A stretch of DNA of 64,000 nt, from the NCBI GenBank assembly GCA_963806225.1, contig CAWDXG010000004.1, positions 3,744,001 through 3,808,000 of the forward strand, written 5' to 3'. Every line of letters begins with the position of its first letter. Position 1 is the first letter of the stretch. A program made the translations under genes and the position numbers. Shown piece by piece: positions 8,554-17,893 of the stretch. The notes beneath the pieces are model-generated. The model saw only the letters and a program-made list of their open reading frames with translations, had not been told where the DNA came from and made no database searches. The DNA is from an uncultured delta proteobacterium (GTDB lineage: Bacteria > Myxococcota_A > Polyangia > Polyangiales > Polyangiaceae).

Positions 8554-11221
8554 GCGTCCAGCCGCTCCACGACGCCGCGGTCGCCGTCCACGCGAAGCCG
8601 TTCGCCGTTGCGGACCGTGGCAGCCAGCCCGCGCACACCGACGACGGCCGGCACGCCGTACTCGCGTGCAACGACGCCCCCGTGCGAGAGCGGCCCGCCC
8701 AGCTCGGCGAGGACACCGGCCGACAGCATGAACAGCGGCGAGAGTCCGACGTCGGGAGAGCGCAGCACCAGGATCTCTCCCGGCTCGAGATCCGCTGCAC
8801 CCGTACCGCGCGTTCCAACAAGGCGCGCCCGCCCGGTCACCGTCCCTGGACCGCAGCCTACGCCGTGCAGCACGCTGCTGCCCACCGGAGGCAGCGACAC
8901 CGTGGGCGGCGCGCCGACGAAGGTCTCGGGGGGATCGCCCGCAGCCGCGTCCCGTTGGTAGGCGGCCCGGCGCATCCGGATGATGGGACCCAGATCGGCA
9001 CGCGAGCGGCCGACCGCACTGAGCAGCTCGTCGAACGTGCAGAAGAACGCGGCTGCCTCGGGCAGGGCGGGATCGATGCGGCGCATGCGTCGATCCACGT
9101 CGAGCGCCACGATGCGCAGCATGTTCAGCGTCCGGGCCATTGCGACACGCATCCTCTCCCTGAGCCGGGCAAGCACCCGCCAACGTGACACGAACGCGCG
9201 AACGAGGGCCCTTTCCACGTACGGAACGCGCGCATCGACCGCGGCCATCTCGCGGTCGGCCCTCACTCTGGCGCGGGACAAGCGCTCTTCCGGATCACAC
9301 GGTGCGGCTCTGAGACCCGCAGCGACCATCGCAAACAGCGGCCGCGGATCCTGGCTCCAGCGCGGCATCATCAGCTCGCTCTCGCGCAGCCCGCGATCGC
9401 CGTACGCCTCGATGAACTGCGACAACGCGCGACGCGCTGGTCCGTCGGGCAGCCCGTCGAGGCTCCCCACGTTGCGCTCGCCGAGCAGCCGGGCCGCGTC
9501 CGGATCCCGCCGCGTGATCGCCGTGACGTGCGCCAGCGCGACGCCCGGAGCCGCGCTGTCGAGCTCGCCGACGCCGGCAGTGATCGCCTGCGCCAGGCGC
9601 TCCGCTTCGACGGGCGTGGACCGCGCTGAGCACGGTCTTCAAGCCGATGTGTGCAGCGAGCGTGGCCAGCGTGCAGCCGAGCATGAGCTCGGCCGTGCGC
9701 TCGAAGAACTGGTAGGTTTCCCTGAGCGTCGTGATCAGCGAATCGTCGGGGAGGATTGCCAGGTCCATCTCGGCAAGCCACGCCTGCTGCTGTGTGGCTT
9801 CGCGCTCGAAGCGCGAGAAGTCGTCGGCCAGCCGCGACTGCTGCGCGAACAGCCGCGCCGCGGTGACCGGCAGGCGCGCCAGGGCGGCGCGACGCCGCTT
9901 CAGCTCGAACTGACCCGCCAGCACGCCGGAGCTCCCGTCGTGGACCAGATCGAGCAACGCCGCGGGATCGATACCCGGCACGTGGGCGACGGCCGGTACG
10001 AGCGCCGAGAGGTTGAGGTAGAAGCGGCCGTGGACGCGCTGAGCAGCGTGGCGTTGCGGGGCAGCTTGCAGCCCAGCGCGCCGAACGCTTCCTCGAGTCC
10101 CTTGCGCGAGAAGGCGTCCACCAGCGACCAGGTGAGCGGGCTCGGGACACCCGACAGCGACTCGCCGAGCCCGGCGCGCGACCAGACCGTGGTCGGCGAG
10201 CCGCCCTCCGGATAGCCCAGACCGTGGCTCCGACGTATGTCGGCGATGCGGACGCCGTCGCCCTGCGACGACCACGAACTCGACGTCCCTCTGCGCGCGG
10301 CCGGCGTCGTCGAGCTGCTGGGCGACCCCGGCCAGCTGCTCGATGCTGTCCTGGGACAGCGCGGGCCGGGTCGCCTTCCGGGCCGCGACGGGTACGGCCC
10401 TGGGCCCACGCTCCCCGGCGACGAGGCGATGCTCCTTGGCGACGGTACGCCGCTCGAGCACGCGTCCGTCTGCGGCGAACCTCACCAGATCCTGGGCGGC
10501 CACGCCGTCATGGACCGGCGAGCCGAGCCCGAACGCGGCGCTCGCGACCCGCACGGCGACCAGGCGCGGCTCGGTGCCGGCCCCGGGTTGCTCGACGCGA
10601 CGCGGCCCGTGCAGCGGATCGCGGGTCAGCATGACACCGCGCGCACGCATCCGCGGCAGCGGCTGGAGGAGCACCGCCATCTTGAGCTCGCGGACCCGCT
10701 GCGCGCGCAGGTAGCGGAGCCCGTCCTCATGCACCACCGATGCCCAGATCTCGCGCACGGCGTGCTCGAGCTGCTCCGGCCCGCGGACCCCCACGCGGAT
10801 GGCAGAGAGCCCGGCGGTCGCCGCGACGCTGTCGTCTGCGAGACTCGGGCTGGCGCGCAGCGCGAGGCCCCACTCGGCCATGGGCTCGACCTCGTCCCAG
10901 AACGCGAAGAGCTCGTCGCTGAGTGAGGGCAGTGGCGCGGAAAGCAGCCGGTCGCGAGCCCGCGCCGCGCGCTCGAGCCCACGCGGGCGATGGATGACCC
11001 GAAGCAACGATGCCGGATCGTGAGCGGGAGGCAGCAGGGTCTCGACGGCCTCGTCGAACGCGTCCGACGGGCAACACCCAGCAATCCAGCAGCGGCAACT
11101 CCAACCCCGCGGCGTCGACCAGGGCCATTGCACGAGCGCCGACGAGGTCGAGCTGTGCCTCACCCTGGGCGATCTCCCCCAGGGGCACGAGGCGAGTGGA
11201 GCTCCGCCGGCTGCGCGCCAT
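8550..11221 (-). CDS. PEP/pyruvate-binding (ATP-grasp-like) plus PEP-utilising His-swivel protein, rifampin-phosphotransferase-like architecture; multiple frameshifts
   Basis: Pieces in ORFs 10727..11221, 9295..11163, 9900..10409 and 8550..9470: MAVLLQ, GVMLTRDP, FGLGSPVHDG, WSRAGLGESLSGVPSPLTWS, GRFYLN, YGDRGLRESEL, GVGCGPG, GGPLSHGGVVAREYGVPAVV, RVDGDRG. Confidence 0.8.
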
Positions 11222-11307
11222 CTTCGAGCTGGGATAGCAGCTCCCCCAGCTGGACGGAAACGTCCTGACCGGCCCCGGCGTTTCGCCGTGGCCGGCGCTC
11301 CAGCGCG

Positions 11308-11664
11308 CTACCTGGCGGGGTCGCCGGGCGACGCACCGGTCGTGCGCCGCACCAGCTCGACCAGGACGGGATCGCTGCCCAGCTGCTCGCGTAGGCTCTG
11401 CTTCACGAAGTCGAGCTGCTCCGGCGGCAGCTTTCCCTGCAGGTGCTGGACGGCATCGGCGACACGCGCGTCCAGATACTGATCGAACGTGATGTCGCCG
11501 CGCTGCAGCTGGCCGAGCGGCTCGGTCCCGTGGACGCGTTCTGCACCCGCGCTCTTGTCAACGCGGAAGCTGTCGCCCTTGACAGCGCCCGGCCCTGCCG
11601 GACCTCCGACCCCGCCGGCGCCCGGCGGGAGACCGCCGGGCTTGCCAATACCGTCGATGCCCAT
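11308..11664 (-). CDS. Small hypothetical protein (118 aa), Gly/Pro N-terminus and helical C-terminus
   Basis: Clean ORF starting 9 nt after the stop of the needle-like gene; amphipathic helices (FDQYLDARVADAVQHL...LREQLGSDPVLVELV). Confidence 0.75.
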   Translation of the reverse strand: MGIDGIGKPGGLPPGAGGVGGPAGPGAVKGDSFRVDKSAGAERVHGTEPLGQLQRGDITFDQYLDARVADAVQHLQGKLPPEQLDFVKQSLREQLGSDPVLVELVRRTTGASPGDPAR

Positions 11665-11673
11665 GTGCCTAGT

Positions 11674-12156
11674 CTAGCGGATGTTGGCGATGGCGTTCTT
11701 GACCGTGTCGTGACGCGCCTTCAGGACGTTCGACACGGCTGTGTAGGCGCGGTTCTCGGCGCTGATCCGCTCCTGGAGCTGTAGGTAGTACAGGTTCTGG
11801 TCGGCGCTCTGGGACAGGACCTGGTCCATGTTCGGCGCCGAGCTGCCGCCAGCCGAGGGATCGGTCGCGGTACCGGTCGGACCCTCGGCGCGGCTGGTGA
11901 TGCTGCCAAGCGTGCGGACGCCCCCGTCGACGCCGGATCCCGCAGCGCTGGAGCCCGCACCCGGGCGGAACGCTGCGGCGAGCACCGGGCCGCCCGGCAG
12001 GTGGGTCACCGCCGCCTCGGCGCCACCGACAATGGCGCGTTCGCTAGCGCTCATGACCTGCTTGAAAGGCCGCGCAGGGGCGGGCGTGACGCGAGCTGCG
12101 GTGACAGTGGACTGGACCCCGGTGGCAGGGCCACTGGGCGTGATTCGAGTGGTCAT
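11674..12156 (-). CDS. Hypothetical 160-aa protein with T3SS needle (SctF)-like C-terminal helix
   Basis: GGAGG RBS before ATG at 12156; C-terminus LQERISAENRAYTAVSNVLKARHDTVKNAIANIR. Confidence 0.75.
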   Translation of the reverse strand: MTTRITPSGPATGVQSTVTAARVTPAPARPFKQVMSASERAIVGGAEAAVTHLPGGPVLAAAFRPGAGSSAAGSGVDGGVRTLGSITSRAEGPTGTATDPSAGGSSAPNMDQVLSQSADQNLYYLQLQERISAENRAYTAVSNVLKARHDTVKNAIANIR

Positions 12157-12260
12157 GTGTACCTCCGATACGACGGAACTGAACGCCCTTCCCGTCGGAC
12201 GCTCCGCCCAGCAGTTGCGTGGAGATTTCCACAATCTACCGGCCAGGGGGCCGGCAGAGC

Positions 12261-12943
12261 CTAGAACGATCCGAATAGTCCGACGCCGTAGCCCGAACCG
12301 ATCTTGGTCGGAGCAACGCTGAAGACCACGTCATCGCGGACCAACACGTCCTTCTGGTCGGCGATGCCCCAGATCAGGAAGGCGGTGCCCGTCGTCTGCA
12401 TGATGGCGTCCAGCACCAGGAAGGTGCGGGCGACAGCCTCGGAGGCGTCACAGCCGGCGTCGTCGGGCGCGCAGCTGTGGTCGCGGATCCCGAGCGTCAA
12501 CCAGGGCCCGACGGCGGGGATCAACAGAAAGGCGCTCTTGTTGGCGTAGTTCCCACCCGCTGCGATGGCCGCCCCGAGCAAGTACGGCACGCCCAGCACG
12601 ACGGCCCCGGCGATCAGCGGGCCTTTGCGCAGCCTCGTGTCGTGATGGTAGCCGGCGGGAATCGACTTCCCTGCGTGGAAGGCGAGGTACTTCGGAGGAG
12701 GCTTGGCAGGCGCGGGCGCGGGCGCGGGGTAGCTGCCGGGCGGATACCCGGGGTATGCGCCCTGCGGCGGATAGCCGGGAGGCGGTGCCTGGGGCGCTGC
12801 AGTCTGCGCTGGGGCAGCCGCTGGCGGCTGCGCTGGCGGCGCGGGCTGCGCTGGGGCGCTTCCGGCGGAGCGGTCTGGGCGACCGCGCTCGCCGCGACAA
12901 GGGTGATAGCCGAAAAGGACCCGATGAAAGAAGCACCCCGCAT
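12261..12943 (-). CDS. Secreted Pro-rich membrane-associated protein (one frameshift near 12850)
   Basis: Signal peptide MRGASFIGSFSAITLVAASAVAQ (ORF 12614..12943) joins the PPGYPP-rich/hydrophobic frame 12261..12956. Ends GYGVGLFGSF. Confidence 0.65.
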
Positions 12944-12982
12944 CGCCGCCGAGCATAGCGGGTTACGGCGGGCTACGGGAGA

Positions 12983-13982
12983 CTAGATTCCGAACCAGCC
13001 CGATGGGTCGAGCGTATCGGCGCCTTTCCGGATCTCGAAGTAGAGCGCCGGACCCTTGCCGCTATCGCCGACCGTCCCCAGGCGGGTTCCCTGGGACACG
13101 TCGTCGCCGACCTCGACGTTGATCTCTGCCAAGTTGGCGCTCACTGTGTAGTAGCCGTCGCCCTCGTCGACGATGACGGTCTTGCCGTAGTCGGCGTACA
13201 CGTCGGCAAACGCGACCCGCCCGGGATAGACGGCGCGCACCGGGGAACCGAGCGGCGCGCGCATCTCGAGACCCGGGCCGTCCGCGGCGCGTCGCGCCGC
13301 AGTATGGATCTCGGTGCGCCCCGGGACCGGGAACGGCAACCGGCCCTTCATCGACGCGAAGCCGCCCGACACGCCGGCCGGATCGCTCGGCCCGACGGCG
13401 GCGCCGTAGATGGCGGTCGGCGCACCCGGACCGCTGCTCTGGAAAGCCCGCTTGAAAGCCAGAGCGCGGTCGCGCGCTGCCAGGAGCGCGGTGCGCGCCT
13501 GCGCCATCGCGCGCTGATCCGCCTCGAGCGGGATACGGCGTTCGGCGATGGCGTCGAGACGCTTGCCGAGAGCCACGCTCCGCTCATCGAGCTTGTGCTC
13601 CAGATCGATGTCGCGAGCCAGCGCCCGGCGCAGGCGCTCGAGCCGCGAAGCGTGCTCGATGAGCGCATCGAAACCGCCTCCGATCGGCAAAAGGCCTGCT
13701 CGCGCCATGCGCACGTAGGCGCGCCCCCGCAGGATCGCGCGGCGGTGCACCATGCTGGACTTCCGCCGCACGCGCGCGAAGCTCCTTCTTTGACGCGACG
13801 CTGCTCGCGGTCGAGTCTCGCGAGCGCGCGGTCCACGCCGTCGGGCGTGCTCGGCGTGCTCGGCTGCAACACCGGCCGCAGGATCGTCCGCGGGACCCAG
13901 ACGGCGGGTCTGACGAGCCGGGCATGGCGGCGGCCGCGGTGACCGTGACCAGCGCTGCGGCGAAGAGCGTCCGGATTCTCAC
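12983..13982 (-). CDS. envC: EnvC-like murein hydrolase activator (coiled coil plus degenerate M23/LytM domain); frameshifted near the 5' end
   Basis: Directly downstream of ftsX. KGRLPFPVPG, G..V.AVYPGRV, YGKTVIVD, LYFEIRKG..LDP..W. Signal peptide in ORF 13584..13982. Confidence 0.75.
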
Positions 13983-14003
13983 GTCTTTCCTGTAGGAATC
14001 AGG

Positions 14004-14877
14004 TCACACGACGAGCAACCTGCGGAGACTCGCGTAGGCGGCGGCAGCGCCCAGCGCTGCGCCGGTCAGCACCATCAGAAGCGACACGCTCCAGGGCAGG
14101 AACGTCGGCCGCATGCCGAGCAGCGTTCCGAGCTGCGCGTCGAAGTGACTCTGGACAATCGCGTACAGCACGCCGAGCAGCCCGATCGCCAACGCCGCGC
14201 CTATCGCGCCCTGCGCCGCGCCTTCCAGCACGAACGGGCGTCGCACATAGCCGTCCGTCGCCCCCACGAGCTTGAGAACCTCGACCTCGATGCGCCGGCG
14301 TTGCAGCGTGAGTCGGATGGTCGACGAGACGACGCTGATCACCGCTCCAAGCACGACGAGCGCGAGCAGCCCGGCAGCCGAGACGCCACCCGCCAGCAGC
14401 GTGCCCAGCCGATCGCTCCAGGCCTTGTAGGTCTCGACGGTGTCGACGGCCGGGAGCTTGTCGAGCTGGGCGGCGATGCGATCGATCTGGCGCGCCGGCG
14501 TGTGCTCGTCGACGCTCACCTCGAGCGACGCCGGGAACGCTTCGGCCGGCAAGGCCGCGAGCACCTTGTCGGCGTTGTCACCGGTGACCTCGCGCCGCGC
14601 CTCCTCGCTCGACACGTAGCGCACGCTCTGGACGCCATCGGTGCCGTGCAGAGCCTTCTGAATGCGTGGCAATGTGCTGCATGCGTGACGCCGGCCTGCA
14701 AGAAAGACCGATATCCGACCCGTTCGCGCCCAGCGGTCCCGCACTCCCGCGACGTTCACGACGACCAGCAACGCCGAAGCCAGGCAGACGAACGCCACCG
14801 CAACGGAGAAGATGCTGAGCAGATGCAGGCGCCAGTCATTGCGACCGCCGCGCCACGCGCGCTCGAGAGGGCGTCAC
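14004..14877 (-). CDS. ftsX: Cell-division permease FtsX (indel just after the start)
   Basis: [50 protein letters not shown]. The frame extends upstream as [21 protein letters not shown] toward a GTG near 14877. Confidence 0.88.
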
Positions 14878-14945
14878 GCGGCACCCCTCGAGCTCGAGAG
14901 GGCGTTCGGTGTAGCGGGGAAGCGGTTCGGCATCTCGGCGCGCTC

Positions 14946-15738
14946 CTAGGCGACCTGTCGCGCGATGGGCCGATCGGCGTTCATCGAGGCCACCAGGCAC
15001 ATCCGTGGCCTTGCCTTCGTCCAGCACCACCACCCGGCGAGGACGGACGTCGAGCAACGAGCGGTCGTGGGTGGCAAACAGCACCGTCACGCCGGTCTCG
15101 TGGATGTCCTCGAACAGACCAAGGATGTCGACCGCGAGCTGCGGATCGAGATTGCCGGTCGGTTCGTCGGCGAGCACCAGCGCTGGTTCGCCGACGATGG
15201 CGCGCGCGATGGCCACGCGCTGTTGCTCGCCGCCGGACAGCGTTCCGGCGCGATCCGGACTCCGCGCCCGCCGAGCCCGACGCGATCCAACGCTTCGCCG
15301 ACGCGCTGGCGGGCCAGCCGTTGCGGAACGCCGAGGACCTCGAGCGGCAGCGCGACATTCTCGAGCACCGACCAGTTGTCGACGAGCTTGAAGTCCTGGA
15401 AGACGACACCGATGTTGCGCCGCAGAAACGGCACCGAGCCGTCCGTGAGGCGCCCGATCTCGCGCCCCATGAACAGGATCCGGCCGGAATCCACCGTGTC
15501 GGCCGCATACAGGAGCCGGAGCAGCGTGCTCTTGCCCGCTCCGGAGGGTCCCGTGATGAACACGAACTCGCCCCGCTCGATCTCCAATTGGAGCCCGCGC
15601 AGGACAGGCGCGTCGGCCCGGAAGGCCTTGTGGACGTTTTCGAACACCAGAATCGGGCGGCGCGCCGCCAGGGGATCGAAGCGGTTTCCCCGCCCGGAGC
15701 ACCGGGCGGAAAGTGCGGCTCCTGGCGCCAGTATCCAT
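14946..15738 (-). CDS. ftsE: Cell-division ATP-binding protein FtsE (frameshifted; ends approximate)
   Basis: [22 protein letters not shown] in ORF 15087..15776; [28 protein letters not shown] in ORF 14836..15738; adjacent to ftsX. Confidence 0.88.
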
Positions 15739-15821
15739 GTCGCCCGGGGTAGCAGGGCGTGCCTGAGATCGAACAACTTTTCGGCCTCGGCGGGCGCCGC
15801 TACGCTGGGCCCCGCGTCACG

Positions 15822-16755
15822 ATGCGACTGGCCTTCTTCGGGCTGCCCCTGGCAGCGTGCCTACTGCTCCGGGACGGACACGACATCGCGCTGGCTACGC
15901 TCTCGCCGGTCGAGGCGCCCGGCCGGCGGCGGCTGCTCGTCGACCCGGAGCCGACCGGCTGCTGGACGCCGCTGCGCTCGGCAGGGAGCTCGAACCGGCC
16001 GTGGACGCTGCCCTCGCACGGAGCCGGCGTGGATCTGGTGGTCAGCTGGTTCTGGACGCGGCGTCTTCCGGAGCGCTGGCTCAGCGCTGGGCCGTTGGGT
16101 GCCGTCGGCGTGCACCCGTCGCTGCTACCGCGCCACCGGGGCCCGGACCCGTTCTTCTGGGCTATCGACTGCGGCGACGAGCTGACCGGCGCCTGCCTGC
16201 ACCGCCTCACGCCGGACTACGACGCCGGAGACGTGCTCCTCCGGGAAGAGCTGCCGGTCGGCAGATCGGGATGCGTGGGCGTTGGCGCGCGCGCTCGACA
16301 GACCCAGCCTGCGCTTGTTGCGCGAGGGGGTCGCCCGGCTCTCCGCGGGCGGCAAGCTGCCGGGGACGCCGCAGGACGAGCGCTTGGCCAGCTGGGCTCC
16401 GGAGCCGGCCGGCGAGCAGCTCCGGGTCCGTTGGTCGTGGCCCACCGAGCGCGTACTCCGACGTGTCCGGGCGTTGTCACCCGTGCCAGGGGTGCCGATC
16501 GAAGTCGCCGGACAGAAGCTGTTCGTGACGCGGGCGACGGCTGCCGACTCGGCGCCGACCCTGCTCCAGCCAGGCGAGGCCGCACTCCTGGGGGATCCTC
16601 CAGCCGCGCTGGTGATCCGGACCGGAGATGGCGCGCTGCAGATCGAGCAGGCACTTGCCGTCCCCGGGGAGGAGCGACTCGACAGAGCCGGCGTCGCCGC
16701 GCGCGTCGCGGAGCGGAGCATGTTAGACTGCGGGCCCCTTGGAGGGAATGGATGA
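15822..16755 (+). CDS. Methionyl-tRNA formyltransferase-like formyltransferase (frameshift near 16265)
   Basis: MRLAFFG, VHPSLLPRHRGPDPFFWAI, DAGDV; C-terminal part in ORF 16282..16755 (PQDERLASWAP, RRVRALSPVPG, TGDGAL). Confidence 0.8.
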
Positions 16756-17873
16756 CCGATCCTGTGAGTGCCGCGCGCAGCGCACGTGAGAATCTGGCCC
16801 AGGGCCTGGCTGCACTGCAGACACCTGGCGTTCCGCAGCAGTTGACCGACGTAGCCGAACCCGTTGCCGAAGCGATGAGCGCCCTGCACCGCATCGAGGC
16901 CACCCAGGGCGGCGCGCTGGCGGAAGCGGGTCCAGTGGCGCTGGCCGCCGTGCGCCGCGCTCTCGGGATGCTCCAGGCGCAGGCCGGTGGGCATCCCGCC
17001 GTGAACCAAGCGGTCGAAGCGGTCGCCGGGTCGCTGGGCCTGGTGCACCAACTCACCCAGGCCGCGCCGGCAGCCCAGCCGCAATCCCCGGCCGCCGCGC
17101 CGCCACCTGCAGCCGCGCCGCAACCCGCCGCCGCTTTCGGTGGCACCGTCGTGATGGACAACAACCCGGCCAGCGCGATGCCAGCCACCCAACCTTCCGC
17201 GCCGGGGACCTTTGGGCAGCCGCAGGCTCCCGCGCCGCCGGCGCAGCCGCAGCAGGCCTTCCCGCAGCAGCCGCAGCAGGCCTTCCCGCAGCAGCCGCAG
17301 CAGGCCTTCCCGCAGCAGCCGCAGCAGGCCTTCCCGCAGCAGCCGCAACAGGGCGGTTTCGGCGCGGCCAACCCACAAGAACCCTACGGGCAGCCGCCGG
17401 GTCAGTGGCAGCCGCCCGCCGGCAATCCCGCCCCCTGGGCCCCGCCGGCCGCGCCCGCTGCCCCGCAGGCTGCGCCGCAGGCTGCGCCCCAGGCTCCGCA
17501 GGCTGCCGTCCAATCCGCCGCACCGGCCAGCAGTGGAAACACCCTACGCGTCGAGGCGGCGCTCGGCGCACACAGCGCCACAAACTTCTACAAAGGACTG
17601 AGCGGCAACAACGTCATCGACTCGGGCGGTATCTTCGTTGCCACCTACCAGATCCCGCAGATCGGACAGGACGTGGTCATCAAGGTCTCGCTCCCGGGCG
17701 GCTACGAATTCGAGGCGCGCGGCGTCGTCCGCTGGACGCGCGACGCACCCAACTCGGGCGCGGATTCGTCGCCAGGCTTCGGCGCGCAGTTCACGCAGAT
17801 CTCGCCGGAGGGACGACAGCTCGTCTACCGCTACGTGCGCAACCGCGAGCCGCTGTTCCACGACGATCTGTAG
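16752..17873 (+). CDS. Protein with helical N-domain, Gln/Pro-rich linker and C-terminal TIGR02266-type PilZ domain
   Basis: GGAGG before ATG at 16752; NFYKGLS..DSGGIFVAT, GVVRWTR, PGFGAQF, REPLFHD. Confidence 0.8.
   Translation: MTDPVSAARSARENLAQGLAALQTPGVPQQLTDVAEPVAEAMSALHRIEATQGGALAEAGPVALAAVRRALGMLQAQAGGHPAVNQAVEAVAGSLGLVHQLTQAAPAAQPQSPAAAPPPAAAPQPAAAFGGTVVMDNNPASAMPATQPSAPGTFGQPQAPAPPAQPQQAFPQQPQQAFPQQPQQAFPQQPQQAFPQQPQQGGFGAANPQEPYGQPPGQWQPPAGNPAPWAPPAAPAAPQAAPQAAPQAPQAAVQSAAPASSGNTLRVEAALGAHSATNFYKGLSGNNVIDSGGIFVATYQIPQIGQDVVIKVSLPGGYEFEARGVVRWTRDAPNSGADSSPGFGAQFTQISPEGRQLVYRYVRNREPLFHDDL
17250..17345 (+). repeat. Coding tandem repeat, 24 bp x4 (QQAFPQQP)
   Basis: CAGCAGGCCTTCCCGCAGCAGCCG repeated four times. 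Confidence 0.9.
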
Positions 17874-17893
17874 ATCGAAACCGGGTCCAGTCG

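Noticed and set aside
15759..17873. Apparent formyltransferase-PilZ fusion
   Set aside because: Caused by a frameshift near 16265; the formyltransferase ends at 16755 and the PilZ gene has its own RBS and ATG at 16752.
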